From the NCBI RefSeq assembly GCF_003332275.1, contig NZ_QOVA01000004.1, forward strand, positions 186,327 through 210,326: DNA of 24,000 nucleotides, in the 5' to 3' direction. The translations under genes were made by a program, and so were the position numbers. The stretch is from Edaphovirga cremea (lineage in GTDB: Bacteria > Pseudomonadota > Gammaproteobacteria > Enterobacterales > Enterobacteriaceae). Numbering within the stretch: the stretch's first letter is position 1; the number at the start of each line of letters is the position of its first letter. Under the pieces are notes generated by a model. The model worked only from the letters and a program-made list of their open reading frames with translations. It was not told where the DNA came from and did no database searches. Positions 1 to 9,972 of this stretch are shown in pieces.

Positions 1-58
1 TGACCTGAAAGAAAAAATGCAGAAAGTGATCCGTTGTGTAAGCGCTTTTCCTACACAA

Positions 59-1411
59 TTATCTCATGGTAACGAATTCTTCAGCGGCAGTCGGGTGGAT
101 CGCCACGGTGTTGTCGAAATCTTTCTTCGTCGCGCCCATTTTTATCGCTACGGCAAAGCCTTGCAGGATCTCGTCCATGCCGAAACCGATGCCGTGCAGG
201 CCAACGATTTTCTCTTCTTTGCCGACACACACCAGTTTCATGCGGCAAGGCTGACGGTGCTGCGTTACTGCGCTGTACATGGCGGTAAAGGATGACTTAT
301 AGACTTTGACTTCATCGTCACCGAATTTCTCTCTGGCTTGCGGTTCTGTCAGGCCAATAGTGCCGATCGGTGGATGGCTGAACACCACGGTCGCGATGTT
401 GCTGTAGTCCAGATGTTCTTCGGGTTTGTTGTTGAACAGGCGCTCAGACAGGCGGCGTCCTGCGGCAACGGCCACCGGGGTCAGTTCAACCGCACCGGTA
501 TTATCGCCAACGGCATAAATGCCTTTGACGCTGGTATTCTGATATTTATCAACGTCGATATAACCTTTGCTATTGGTTTTGACACCGGTCACGGCGAGAT
601 TGAAATTGTCGGTGGCAGGTTCACGACCGATCGCCCACACCAGGCAATCAACGTTGAACTCTTTGCCATTGTCGAGTTGCAGGGTCAGGCTGCCGTCGGC
701 ATTTTTCACGATGGCTTTAGGAATGGATTCGGTATGCAGCGCCGGGCCTTCGGTATTCATGACTTCGACCAGCGTTTCAACAATCATCGGGTCAAAGGTG
801 CGCAGCGGTGCATGCTTGCGCACGAACAGATGCGTTTCTGCACCCAGTGCGTTCAACACACCGGCGATTTCGACGGCAATATAACCTGCGCCGACAACCG
901 CAACGCGTTTTGGCATCGCGTCGAGATCAAAAAAGCCGTCTGAATCGATGCCGTATTCTGCGCCAGGAATATCCGGGTGGCTTGGGCGTCCGCCAGTGGC
1001 GATCAGAATATGATCGGCAGTAATTTTTTCGCCATTCACTTCAACGGTATGCGCATCAACAAAACGTGCAAAACCTTTAATCACATCCACTTTATTTTTA
1101 CCGAGTACGTTGTCATACGAAGTGTGGATGCGATCGATATAGGCGGTACGGTTGGCGACCAGTTTTTTCCAGTCAAAGGCATTTACGGTGGTATCAAATC
1201 CATAGTCTGGACCGTATTGGTGAATGGCCTCTGCGATCTGCGCCGCATGCCACATCACTTTTTTCGGTACACAGCCCACGTTAACGCAGGTGCCGCCAAG
1301 CTCTTTGGCTTCAATCAGCGCGCATTTCTGGCCGTACATGGCCGCCCGGTTGATCGATGCGATACCGCCGCTGCCACCGCCAATTGCCAGATAGTCGTAA
1401 TGTTTCGTCAT
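59..1411 (-). CDS. gor: Glutathione-disulfide reductase
   Basis: 450-aa ORF, collinear and near-identical to E. coli Gor as I recall it. N-terminus [19 protein letters not shown] (FAD GxGxxG), redox-active disulfide CVNVGC, C-terminus [12 protein letters not shown]. Confidence 0.97.
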   Translation of the reverse strand: MTKHYDYLAIGGGSGGIASINRAAMYGQKCALIEAKELGGTCVNVGCVPKKVMWHAAQIAEAIHQYGPDYGFDTTVNAFDWKKLVANRTAYIDRIHTSYDNVLGKNKVDVIKGFARFVDAHTVEVNGEKITADHILIATGGRPSHPDIPGAEYGIDSDGFFDLDAMPKRVAVVGAGYIAVEIAGVLNALGAETHLFVRKHAPLRTFDPMIVETLVEVMNTEGPALHTESIPKAIVKNADGSLTLQLDNGKEFNVDCLVWAIGREPATDNFNLAVTGVKTNSKGYIDVDKYQNTSVKGIYAVGDNTGAVELTPVAVAAGRRLSERLFNNKPEEHLDYSNIATVVFSHPPIGTIGLTEPQAREKFGDDEVKVYKSSFTAMYSAVTQHRQPCRMKLVCVGKEEKIVGLHGIGFGMDEILQGFAVAIKMGATKKDFDNTVAIHPTAAEEFVTMR

Positions 1412-1542
1412 CAGGGTTTTCCGTGAGTTGAGGATTCAGAAGAGGATAGAGTTTAACGCCAGATGCTGCATTGTCGCAAAGTTTGCATCAATGATTGTGA
1501 TAGGTGAAGGTAGCCGGAGCAGGACACCCCGGCTTGAACGGC

Positions 1543-2385
1543 TTATTCAGGAACAACCCATTTGACCAGGGTATGGCCTTTACCGGACGGAACCAGCACC
1601 TTGTGCAGCCAGGGCAGCACATTATTCATTTGTTGTTCCAGTTTCCACGGCGGATTGATCACAATCATGCCGGATGCGGTCATACCGCGCTGATCGCTGT
1701 CAGGACGCACGCCGAGCTCGATTTGCAGAATACGACGAATGCCCGTCGCTTCCAGTTCGCGGAGCATTTTCTTGATCTGTTGGCGCAAGACTACCGGATA
1801 CCACAACGCGTAGGTGCCGGTGGCAAAACGCTTATGGCCTTCCTGAATCCCTTTCACCACATCCTGATAATCCGTTTTCAATTCATAAGGCGGATCGATC
1901 AGTACCAGGCCGCGACGTGACAACGGAGGCAGTTGCGATTTCAACTGCTGATAGCCGTCGGCACGCAGCACTTTACTGCGATCGTCTTTGAGGAATTCAT
2001 TGCGCAGCAGCGGATAGTCGCTGGAGTGCAGTTCGGTCATATGCAGCTTGTCATACTCACGCAGCAACTGGCGGGCAATCAGCGGTGAACCCGGGTAATA
2101 GCGCAACGACTCGTTTCGGTTGAAATACTTCACTACACTCATGTAGGCGTTCAGTTCTTCCGGCACATCGTCGCGTTGCCAAATTTGAGCAATCCCTTCC
2201 AGATATTCACCGGTGCGCTCGGCATGCTCACCGCTGAGTTGATAGCGACCAGCGCCAGCGTGAGTATCCAGATACAACAACGGTTTCTCTTTTTCTTTCA
2301 GAGATTCGATGATCAAACTCAGGACGGTATGTTTCAGGACGTCGGCATGATTACCAGCATGGAAGCTGTGGCGATAACTTAGCAT
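1543..2385 (-). CDS. rlmJ: 23S rRNA (adenine2030-N6)-methyltransferase
   Basis: 280-aa ORF. MLSYRHSFHAGNHADVLKH N-terminus and LIDPPYE catalytic motif match E. coli RlmJ (YhiR). Conserved position between gor and prlC. Confidence 0.93.
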   Translation of the reverse strand: MLSYRHSFHAGNHADVLKHTVLSLIIESLKEKEKPLLYLDTHAGAGRYQLSGEHAERTGEYLEGIAQIWQRDDVPEELNAYMSVVKYFNRNESLRYYPGSPLIARQLLREYDKLHMTELHSSDYPLLRNEFLKDDRSKVLRADGYQQLKSQLPPLSRRGLVLIDPPYELKTDYQDVVKGIQEGHKRFATGTYALWYPVVLRQQIKKMLRELEATGIRRILQIELGVRPDSDQRGMTASGMIVINPPWKLEQQMNNVLPWLHKVLVPSGKGHTLVKWVVPE

Positions 2386-2577
2386 AGTGTTGTGTGCTTT
2401 CCGGTGTTATTGATGTTTACAGTAAAATCAGTAAGTTACCGAAAATTTATACTGTGTTGGTGAGGCAGTTCATGCGCTTTCCCTGGGCGCAAAAACGCTT
2501 ATGGCGGCCAGTATAAACTGTCTGGCGGCTAAAAAGTGAAAAGCGTGACAAATAGGCAGGCTAAAACATTCTCAATG

Positions 2578-2606
2578 TTGACAAACAGGTCGCCGGAAAT
2601 TTAACT
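2578..2606 (+). promoter_or_regulatory. Candidate sigma70 promoter upstream of prlC (TTGACA-N17-TTAACT)
   Basis: Read directly: TTGACA at 2578-2583, 17-nt spacer, TTAACT at 2601-2606. It lies about 180 nt upstream of the prlC ATG. Motif match only. Confidence 0.3.
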
Positions 2607-2688
2607 CCAAAGACTTCATTGGCAAGACGCACAACAGTTGAAAACCCACAGAAGAGAACGCGATCTTCTCTCATTAGGCATTTCCAGC

Positions 2689-2718
2689 CATTGATTTTCC
2701 CCTCTTTTGACCTCATGT
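2689..2718 (+). promoter_or_regulatory. Candidate sigma32 (heat-shock) promoter of prlC
   Basis: CATTGAT(T) at 2689-2695, 14-15 nt spacer, CCTCATGT at 2711-2718. This resembles the sigma32 consensus CTTGAAA-N13-15-CCCCATNT. prlC is a known sigma32 regulon member in E. coli. Motif match only. Confidence 0.35.
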
Positions 2719-2787
2719 TATTTATTCATCCGCATTCACGGCGTGCTGCGTGAGCTCCATGCCCAAAACGATAATCAGGACTGCCCT

Positions 2788-4830
2788 ATGACAAATCCGT
2801 TATTGACCCCGTTCTCCCTGCCGCCGTTTTCTGACATTCGTCCTGAACATATTGTTCCTGCTGTGAAGTCCGTTTTGGATGAAAGTCGCCAGACTATCGA
2901 AAAGGTCGTGGCACAAGGTGGGCCCTTTACCTGGGAAACCCTGTGCCAGCCATTGGCGGACAGTGACGATCGCCTGAGCCGGATCTGGTCGCCAATCGGC
3001 CACCTTAACTCGGTGAAAAACAGCCCGGAACTGCGCGTCGCCTATGAAGAAGCGCTGCCGTTGCTGTCGGAATACAGCACGTGGGTGGGTCAGCATGCCG
3101 GTTTGTATCAGGCTTACCGCGATTTGAAAGAGGGTGAGCATTTCGCCAGCCTCACTGCACCGCAGAAAAAAGCCGTAGAGAACGCCCTGCGTGATTTCGA
3201 GCTGTCGGGCATTGGCCTGTCGCCAGAAAAACAGAAACGCTATGGTGAAATCTCCGCACGTCTTTCCGAATTGGGTTCGACGTACAGCAATAACGTGCTG
3301 GATGCGACGATGGGCTGGAGCAAACTGATTACCGATGAAGCGCAACTCAGCGGTATGCCGGAAAGCGCGCTGGCTGCGGCTAAAGCCATGGCGCAAGCCA
3401 AAGAACAGGATGGCTGGCTGCTGACGCTGGATATTCCAAGCTACCTGCCGGTTCTCACGTACTGCGACAATCAGGCACTGCGTGAAGAGATGTATCGCGC
3501 CTACGGTACCCGCGCCTCCGATCAGGGGCCGAATGCCGGTAAATGGGACAACAGCGAAGTGATGGCCGAAGAGTTGGCACTGCGTCATGAGCTTGCACAA
3601 TTGCTGGGATTCAACTCTTATGCTGAAAAATCGCTGGCGACCAAAATGGCCGAAAGCCCGGCGCAGGTCATCGATTTCCTGAATGATTTGGCGAAACGCG
3701 CCCGTCCACAAGGTGAGCAGGAACTGGCTCAACTACAGGCTTTTGCAAAAGAGCACCACGGCGTAGAGACGTTGGAAGCCTGGGATTTAGCCTATTACGG
3801 CGAAAAACAGAAACAGCATCTGTTCTCGATCAGCGATGAGCAATTGCGCCCATATTTCCCGGAGCAGCGGGTATTGAGCGGTTTGTTTGAAGTGGTCAAC
3901 CGTATTTACGGTATCACCGCCAAAGAGCGTAAAGGTGTCGATGTCTGGCATCCGGAAGTGCGTTTCTTCGATTTGTTTGATGAGAGCGGTGATTTACGCG
4001 GCAGTTTCTATCTGGATCTGTATGCGCGTGAAAACAAACGCGGCGGTGCCTGGATGGACGACTGCGTGGGTAGCTTGCGCAAAGCCAATGGCGAACTGCA
4101 AAAACCCGTGGCTTACCTCGTCTGTAATTTCAACCGGCCAATCGGCGACAAACCGGCCCTTTTCACCCACAACGAAGTGACGACGCTGTTCCATGAATTT
4201 GGTCACGGCTTGCATCACATGCTGACCAAAATTGATACGGCTGGCGTATCGGGTATCAGCGGTGTGCCGTGGGACGCGGTCGAACTGCCGAGCCAGTTTA
4301 TGGAAAACTGGTGCTGGGAGCCTGAGGCGCTTGAGTTTATCTCCGGCCATTACCAGACCGGCGAACCGTTGCCGCAAGAGATGCTCGACAAATTGCTGGC
4401 TGCGAAAAACTATCAGGCTGCGCTGTTTATCCTGCGTCAGCTCGAATTCGGCCTGTTCGATTTCCGCATGCATTATGAATACGATCCGGCAAAAGGCGCG
4501 CAAATCTTGCAAACGTTGGCCGAGGTGAAAAAACAGGTCGCGGTGGTTCCATCGCCGAGTTGGGGCCGTTTCCCGCACGCGTTCAGCCATGTTTTCGCTG
4601 GAGGCTATGCGGCTGGCTATTACAGCTACCTGTGGGCAGAAGTCCTGTCGGCGGATGCTTTCTCGCGCTTCGAAGACGAAGGTATTTTCAACCGCGAAAC
4701 CGGGCAATCGTTCCTGGATAATATTCTGTCCCGCGGGGGTTCTGAAGAGCCGATGGAGTTGTTCAAACGCTTCCGTGGCCGCGAACCGCAACTGGATGCT
4801 ATGCTGCGCCATTACGGAATTAAAGGGTAA
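2788..4830 (+). CDS. prlC: Oligopeptidase A (M3 family zinc metallopeptidase)
   Basis: Start set at ATG 2788 (MTNPLLTPF...), where E. coli OpdA begins. The ORF-track start at 2707 adds 27 non-conserved residues. HEFGH zinc motif present; collinear with E. coli PrlC to the C-terminal HYGIKG. Confidence 0.96.
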   Translation: MTNPLLTPFSLPPFSDIRPEHIVPAVKSVLDESRQTIEKVVAQGGPFTWETLCQPLADSDDRLSRIWSPIGHLNSVKNSPELRVAYEEALPLLSEYSTWVGQHAGLYQAYRDLKEGEHFASLTAPQKKAVENALRDFELSGIGLSPEKQKRYGEISARLSELGSTYSNNVLDATMGWSKLITDEAQLSGMPESALAAAKAMAQAKEQDGWLLTLDIPSYLPVLTYCDNQALREEMYRAYGTRASDQGPNAGKWDNSEVMAEELALRHELAQLLGFNSYAEKSLATKMAESPAQVIDFLNDLAKRARPQGEQELAQLQAFAKEHHGVETLEAWDLAYYGEKQKQHLFSISDEQLRPYFPEQRVLSGLFEVVNRIYGITAKERKGVDVWHPEVRFFDLFDESGDLRGSFYLDLYARENKRGGAWMDDCVGSLRKANGELQKPVAYLVCNFNRPIGDKPALFTHNEVTTLFHEFGHGLHHMLTKIDTAGVSGISGVPWDAVELPSQFMENWCWEPEALEFISGHYQTGEPLPQEMLDKLLAAKNYQAALFILRQLEFGLFDFRMHYEYDPAKGAQILQTLAEVKKQVAVVPSPSWGRFPHAFSHVFAGGYAAGYYSYLWAEVLSADAFSRFEDEGIFNRETGQSFLDNILSRGGSEEPMELFKRFRGREPQLDAMLRHYGIKG

Positions 4831-4839
4831 TAGTGCCGC

Positions 4840-5586
4840 GTGAGCATCTGTTTATTATGTGAAGAAGGCGCCGACCCCGGCGCCTTATCGATTTTGGCCG
4901 CTCGCTGGCAGTTGGCGTCTGATGACAACGCGCTGATGGCGCTGGTATTGACGCCTGAACGGCTGGAGCTGCGCAAGCGCGATGAGCCGAAACTGGGTGC
5001 CATTTTCGTCGATTTTGTGACGGGTGCAATGGCGCACCGGCGGCGTTTTGGTGGCGGACGCGGAGAAGCGGTTGCCAAGGCGGTGGGTATTAAAGGCAGT
5101 TATCTGCCGGATGTGGTGGATGCTACCGCCGGATTGGGTCGTGATGCCTTTGTTCTGGCTGCACTCGGGTGTACGGTGCGTATGCTGGAACGTAATCCGG
5201 TGGTTGCCGCACTGTTGGATGATGGTTTGCAGCGTGGTTATCGGGATGCGGAGATTGGACCCTGGTTGCAGCAGCGTTTAACGTTATTGCACGCCTCCAG
5301 CTTAACGGCGCTGGCCGATATTGCACCTCGCCCGCAGGTGGTTTATCTGGATCCCATGTATCCCCATCGGCAGAAAAGTGCGTTGGTGAAAAAGGAGATG
5401 CGGGTATTTCAATCGCTGGTTGGGCCGGATTTGGATGCAGACGGTCTATTGGCACCGGCTCGCGCATTGGCGACCAAGCGGGTGGTGGTAAAACGCCCTG
5501 ACTATGCCCCTCCACTGGCCAACGTCCCGGCGCAAGCCGCAGTAACGACAAAATCGCACCGTTTCGACCTCTATACTCCGCTTTAA
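4840..5586 (+). CDS. rsmJ: 16S rRNA (guanine1516-N2)-methyltransferase
   Basis: GTG start 10 nt after the prlC stop, so an operon with prlC. 248 aa. Blocks [27 protein letters not shown] (SAM binding) and VVYLDPM match E. coli RsmJ/YhiQ. Confidence 0.92.
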   Translation: MSICLLCEEGADPGALSILAARWQLASDDNALMALVLTPERLELRKRDEPKLGAIFVDFVTGAMAHRRRFGGGRGEAVAKAVGIKGSYLPDVVDATAGLGRDAFVLAALGCTVRMLERNPVVAALLDDGLQRGYRDAEIGPWLQQRLTLLHASSLTALADIAPRPQVVYLDPMYPHRQKSALVKKEMRVFQSLVGPDLDADGLLAPARALATKRVVVKRPDYAPPLANVPAQAAVTTKSHRFDLYTPL

Positions 5587-5699
5587 AAACAGCCCGCAGA
5601 AATGTTGATTAGTGAGACCCGGGATTAGTCTTAGGTCGAGCTAAGTCAAACTATTGTCGTTTACTACTGAAATTGCACAACAAATCCTATACAAATTGG

Positions 5700-5731
5700 T
5701 TGATTTAACTTATAGATTCCAATTCTATACA
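5700..5731 (+). promoter_or_regulatory. Possible long-spacer promoter with internal palindrome upstream of the MerR-like gene
   Basis: TTGATT (5700-5705), 20-nt spacer, TATACA (5726-5731). The spacer holds the inverted repeat TATAGA-N7-TCTATA (5711-5729). CTATACAA also occurs twice (about 5686 and 5724). Long spacers with a central dyad are typical of MerR-type promoters. Speculative. Confidence 0.2.
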
Positions 5732-5755
5732 ATTTATCAATGCTTCGGAGAGTTT

Positions 5756-6598
5756 ATGTCGGCATACAGCATAGAAGTTATTGCCGGACTTTGTGGAGTG
5801 AATCCAGTAACACTGCGCGCATGGCAGCGCTACGGGTTACTTAATCCCGTTCGCAATGACAAGGGACAACGCTTCTACAACGACGAGGATCTGTTTCAGG
5901 CGCATCTTATTCTGGAATGGTTGTCGAAGGGAGTCCCCATAAATCAGGTCCGCGGCATTATCGCGGGTGAGGTTGATAATATTGAGTTGGGGTGGCAGAC
6001 GCAGAGAAAAGAGCTGTGTGAGCTGTTGGATCCCCCACAGCCAAATAAATTACGTAACCTGTTGTGGCGCTTTGGGCGTGAGTATCCGGGGCGGAATCTG
6101 GTCAATGATATATTGCGGCCGATACGCAAGAGTTTATCCTCAGCAAAACCTGCAGGGTGGCAACAGCAGGCGAGCGTGTTGGATTGCGCCATTATTGAAT
6201 ATGCCACGTTTGCGTTGACCACTGCGCGCAAGCATTCCGGTGCGAGGGTACTGTTGGTGGCGTGGAATAACCGCAGCAGCATTGAGCTGTGGTTGGAGTC
6301 CATCCAGTTGGTCAGTGAAGGGTTGCGCGTGGAGCTGATTCCACACCCGGTATCCTGGCCGGATTTGACCCAATTCGAGATGGATCATTATCTGCTCTGG
6401 TCGGACAAACGGCTGAGCGAGGTACAGCAAGCGCTATTCGATGACTGGTTGAAGCAAGGTCTGCCGGTAATGTTGGTAGGTAAAGTCACCCAATTGAAGA
6501 AAAAAGCCGCCACCCGAGCCGTTGCCCAACGGGTTGGCAAGCTGGTGACCGACGGATTGAGAAGGGAAGCGCAGTCGTCCCCGCAATCTGAAACCTGA
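5756..6598 (+). CDS. MerR-family transcriptional regulator, MlrA-like (N-terminal HTH plus about 200-aa C-terminal domain)
   Basis: Start chosen at ATG 5756, preceded by GGAGAG. The ORF-track TTG at 5654 adds 34 residues of AT-rich leader. YSIEVIAGLCGVNPVTLRAWQRYGLLNPVRNDKGQRFYNDEDL is a canonical MerR HTH, closest in my memory to MlrA (YehV). Confidence 0.75.
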   Translation: MSAYSIEVIAGLCGVNPVTLRAWQRYGLLNPVRNDKGQRFYNDEDLFQAHLILEWLSKGVPINQVRGIIAGEVDNIELGWQTQRKELCELLDPPQPNKLRNLLWRFGREYPGRNLVNDILRPIRKSLSSAKPAGWQQQASVLDCAIIEYATFALTTARKHSGARVLLVAWNNRSSIELWLESIQLVSEGLRVELIPHPVSWPDLTQFEMDHYLLWSDKRLSEVQQALFDDWLKQGLPVMLVGKVTQLKKKAATRAVAQRVGKLVTDGLRREAQSSPQSET

Positions 6599-6662
6599 GC
6601 GCCGCCAGATCGTGTTCTAGAAAAATTGCTTATAAAATAATGTCTTGGCAGAGACAGAAATG

Positions 6663-6694
6663 CCCGCCAGTTTTAATGGCGGGCGTTTTGTTTA
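6663..6694. terminator. Bidirectional rho-independent terminator shared by the MerR-like gene and uspA
   Basis: GCCCGCCA (6663-6670), loop GTTTTAA, TGGCGGGC (6678-6685), then GTTTTGTTT on the plus strand. An A/T-rich tract precedes it (AGAAAT, read as ATTTCT on the minus strand). It lies between convergent stops at 6598 and 6723. Confidence 0.75.
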
Positions 6695-6722
6695 TCGGGC
6701 TATTCCCTCAGGAGAGGCTGAA

Positions 6723-7160
6723 TCAGTCGTCATCTTCATCTTTCAGCGGCACAATCAACATATCGATATGTACCGTGTTGATTAACTGGCGAGCTGAAGA
6801 CATCAGCTTGCTCCAGAAATCCTGATGGTGTCCGCATAGCACCAGGTCCACATCGTATTTTTTAATCGCATCTACCAACACTTGAGCCAAATCCCCGCTT
6901 CCACTGAGTGTTTCAGAGATCGGGTAGCCAGCATTCTGCGAAAGTTCGGTCAGCGCGTGATGGGTCTCTTCTGAAATACGTTTCTGCATGTCACCAAGAT
7001 TGACATCAATCAGACCGGTATACAGATCGGAATAGTTAACATCGACGTGGATCAGGGAAACTTTGGCATTGTAAGGTCTTGCCATTGAAACCGCTTTTTC
7101 CACCAGGATCTTGCTTTCCGGGGACAGGTCAACAGCAATAAGAATGTGCTTGTAAGCCAT
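6723..7160 (-). CDS. uspA: Universal stress protein A
   Basis: 145-aa ORF, almost identical to E. coli UspA ([17 protein letters not shown]...[23 protein letters not shown]). AAGGAG Shine-Dalgarno 8 nt upstream of the ATG. Confidence 0.97.
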   Translation of the reverse strand: MAYKHILIAVDLSPESKILVEKAVSMARPYNAKVSLIHVDVNYSDLYTGLIDVNLGDMQKRISEETHHALTELSQNAGYPISETLSGSGDLAQVLVDAIKKYDVDLVLCGHHQDFWSKLMSSARQLINTVHIDMLIVPLKDEDDD

Positions 7161-7731
7161 AAGAATACTCCTTCCATAAAGTCGTTAAAAAATTGCGAAG
7201 TAAATGTCGTAACGATGTTGTCTGATTCTAACATTCAGCAATGCAATTGAAGTGTCGTTAGGATCACAACCTCCCAACACAAACTATAAGCCCTTCATAT
7301 CTCTTCTTTTGTTTTACACCCTGTAAAGGGGAAATCCAATAATTACCGTCACAATATCGCGATCAGCCTACATTTGCGCAGGCATCATTAAGTATAGCTT
7401 TCTAAATGAGCGCCAGGTGAAACCTGCAGTTTTTGACCGGGTACTGAGTGCAACCGCATTGTGTACACGGATGTCATTGACAGAATGAATAACAGGATGT
7501 AGTGATAAATTATTAATCGCCCTCTCTCTTTCTCGTTTAGTTTTCTACACTGAATAATGAGTGAGTGAATTGCGGGGTATAAGCAGGCGCTTGCGAGTGT
7601 TGAAAAAAGAGTTGCAGGGGGTGGGTGATGGTAGCCCTGGTGGTATCGGGCACGTGAGGCAGAGGTAGGCGTAGAAGCCGCGGGTGGGAGAGGGTGTTAC
7701 CCGCAGGCCGTATTGCCTTAAGGGGGGAAGC

Positions 7732-8067
7732 ATGATCAGTACTGTTGCGCTGTTTTGGGCTCTGTGTGTGGTATGCGTGATTAACATGGCGCGTTACTAT
7801 TCTTCTTTGCGGGCGCTGCTGGTGGTTTTGCGGGGGTGCGATCCACTGCTATATCAATATGTTGATGGTGGGGGATTCTTTACTTCGCATGGTCAACCCA
7901 GCAAGCAGATCAGGCTGGTGCGTTATATCTTTTCCCAACGCTATCTTGATCATCACGATCCGGAATTTATTCACCGCTGTGCACGCGTAAGGGGGCAGTT
8001 CGTTCTGACCAGTGCGCTGTGTGGGTTGGTGGTCATCAGTCTTATGGCGATGATGATTTGGTACTAG
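7732..8067 (+). CDS. uspB: Universal stress protein B (small membrane protein)
   Basis: Start at ATG 7732 ([15 protein letters not shown]...), giving 111 aa as in E. coli UspB. The ORF-track start at 7684 adds 16 residues. Purine-rich SD (AGGGGGGAAG) upstream. Divergent from uspA as in E. coli. Confidence 0.93.
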   Translation: MISTVALFWALCVVCVINMARYYSSLRALLVVLRGCDPLLYQYVDGGGFFTSHGQPSKQIRLVRYIFSQRYLDHHDPEFIHRCARVRGQFVLTSALCGLVVISLMAMMIWY

Positions 8068-8086
8068 TCTGGCGACAGACGGGCAG

Positions 8087-8118
8087 AAAAAAGGCGGCTC
8101 CTGATTGGGCCGCCTTTT
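8087..8118. terminator. Bidirectional rho-independent terminator between uspB and pitA
   Basis: A-run (8087-8092), GGCGGC (8093-8098), 10-nt loop, GCCGCC (8109-8114), T-run (8115-8118). It lies between convergent stops at 8067 and 8159. Confidence 0.7.
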
Positions 8119-8158
8119 GCTATCTAACTCCCTACAACCTATCTGCTTCTGATCACAA

Positions 8159-9658
8159 TCAGATAAATTGCAGTGAAATCCAATACAGCACGCCAGAAAG
8201 AACGATGGAAATTGGCAGGGTCAGTATCCAGGCCAACAAAATGTTCTTCACGGTTTTGCTTTGTACGCCCCCACCATCAACAATCATAGTCCCGGCAACG
8301 GCAGAAGAGAGTACATGGGTAGTGGATACCGGCATACCCGTATAACTGGCTACACCTATGGAGATGGCCGCGGTCAACTGGGCAGATACGCCCTGCGCGT
8401 AGGTCATTCCTTTCTTGCCAATCTTCTCACCGATGGTGGTTGCAACACGTTTCCAACCCACCATGGTACCCAGCGACAGTGCCAGCGCAACGGCAACGAT
8501 GATCCAGGTTGGTGCGTACTCAACGGTTTCCAGCAGATCGCTACGCAAGTCATTCAGGAAGCGCTGGTCTTCTACTGAGGTCTCCGGCAGCTTGGCGGCT
8601 TTCTCTGCGGTATCCGCAACGCACATCAGCAAGCGGCGCATATGGTTGCGCTGATCAACTGTGAGTTCGCTGTAACTTTGCAGATTGGCCAGCAACGCCT
8701 GGGCTTTGCTTATGGCAATCCCGGCACGTGACGTATCACAATGGAACTCGGCCGGAGTATCCGGAGTTGTTTCTTCCGGAGTAGGGACCAGCGGAGTCTG
8801 TGCAATAACGTGCGGCAATGTTTCAGTGTGGCGTTGATAAAATTGCTCAAGATGGGTGACAGCATCGCGGGTGCGTGTGATGTCATAGCCAGTCGCATTC
8901 ATATTGAGCACGAAACCCGCAGGTGCCACGCCAATCAATACCAGCATAATCAAACCAATACCTTTCTGACCATCATTGGCACCGTGAGAGAAACTCACAC
9001 CAATGGCAGAAAGGATCAGTGCGATACGGGTCCAGAATGGCGGTTTACGTTTACCGTCAATCTTTTCACGTTCGGCGGGTGTCAAATGTATACGACGACG
9101 TTTTTTCGTACTGCTCCAGAAACGGCGCAGCACAAACACCATCAAGCCTGCCACGGCCATACCCACCAGTGGAGAGATGAGCAATGACAGGAAAATAGCG
9201 ATCATTTTCGGTACGTTCAACGCATCCACCACTGAACTGTCAGTCATGATTGCATTGGTCAAACCGATACCGATGATTGCACCAATCAATGTATGGGAGC
9301 TGGACGCCGGCAAGCCGAAATACCAGGTTCCCAGATTCCAGATAATCGCCGCCAGAAGCATGGAAAAGACCATGGCCAGGCCGTGAGCGGAACCCACATT
9401 AAGTAAGAGATCGGTCGGTAATAAATGGACGATGGCGTAGGCAACACTCAAACCGCCGAGCATTACGCCAAGAAAGTTAAAGACCCCAGCCATAACGACC
9501 GCAACTTGCGAACGCATGGCACGAGTATAAATAACAGTCGCAACCGCGTTGGCGGTATCGTGGAAACCATTGATGGCTTCATAAAACAACACGAACAACA
9601 GCGCGAGTACTAGTAACAGGCCGGTTTGGAAATCCAGCCCAGCGAACAGATGTAGCAT
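8159..9658 (-). CDS. pitA: Low-affinity inorganic phosphate transporter (PiT/PHO4 family)
   Basis: Start at ATG 9658 ([13 protein letters not shown]...), giving 499 aa as in E. coli PitA. The ORF-track start at 9781 adds 41 non-conserved residues. Motifs [12 protein letters not shown] and [10 protein letters not shown] present. Confidence 0.95.
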   Translation of the reverse strand: MLHLFAGLDFQTGLLLVLALLFVLFYEAINGFHDTANAVATVIYTRAMRSQVAVVMAGVFNFLGVMLGGLSVAYAIVHLLPTDLLLNVGSAHGLAMVFSMLLAAIIWNLGTWYFGLPASSSHTLIGAIIGIGLTNAIMTDSSVVDALNVPKMIAIFLSLLISPLVGMAVAGLMVFVLRRFWSSTKKRRRIHLTPAEREKIDGKRKPPFWTRIALILSAIGVSFSHGANDGQKGIGLIMLVLIGVAPAGFVLNMNATGYDITRTRDAVTHLEQFYQRHTETLPHVIAQTPLVPTPEETTPDTPAEFHCDTSRAGIAISKAQALLANLQSYSELTVDQRNHMRRLLMCVADTAEKAAKLPETSVEDQRFLNDLRSDLLETVEYAPTWIIVAVALALSLGTMVGWKRVATTIGEKIGKKGMTYAQGVSAQLTAAISIGVASYTGMPVSTTHVLSSAVAGTMIVDGGGVQSKTVKNILLAWILTLPISIVLSGVLYWISLQFI

Positions 9659-9972
9659 AAGCGTTACGCCAGTTTGTGGACATGAACGCGGCGCATTATC
9701 CGCGAGAATAGGGTGCGTGGAAAAGCAAAATATGACCTTTTCTTGACATAAGTTATGATGGAGGGCTCTCCTTATGGTCATTAATGATTAAAAATCATAA
9801 GGTTAATGGCATTTACGTAAACTAACAATTTCTTACTATGGCGTGAAGAGAGCGCCCGATTTACAATCGGCCGCCAAAATGGCGCAAGAATTCGCCTTAT
9901 ATAGGGTTTAGCACATAACTGAACAGTTAGCGTAACGCCCAAAGTATGATGATTTTATGGAGGAGAGACCGG

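Noticed and set aside
34-58. Hairpin TTGTGTA-N11-TACACAA immediately after the gor stop as a terminator
   Set aside because: It has only a 7-bp AT-rich stem with an 11-nt loop, and the T-run on the minus strand is about 20 nt away. That is not convincing enough to list as a feature.
17-1426. Plus-strand ORFs (17-295, 66-254, 338-943, 567-884, 808-1023, 977-1426) antisense to gor
   Set aside because: They lie entirely within and opposite a highly conserved gene. Their translations are Arg/Ala/Gly-rich, low-information sequences typical of shadow ORFs, with no recognisable motifs.
2707-2787. ORF-track N-terminal extension of prlC (27 aa)
   Set aside because: E. coli OpdA starts at the MTNPLL methionine. 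The extension overlaps the candidate sigma32 promoter and has no SD.
9659-9781. ORF-track N-terminal extension of pitA (41 aa)
   Set aside because: PitA homologues start at MLHLFAGLD. The extension is non-conserved leader sequence.
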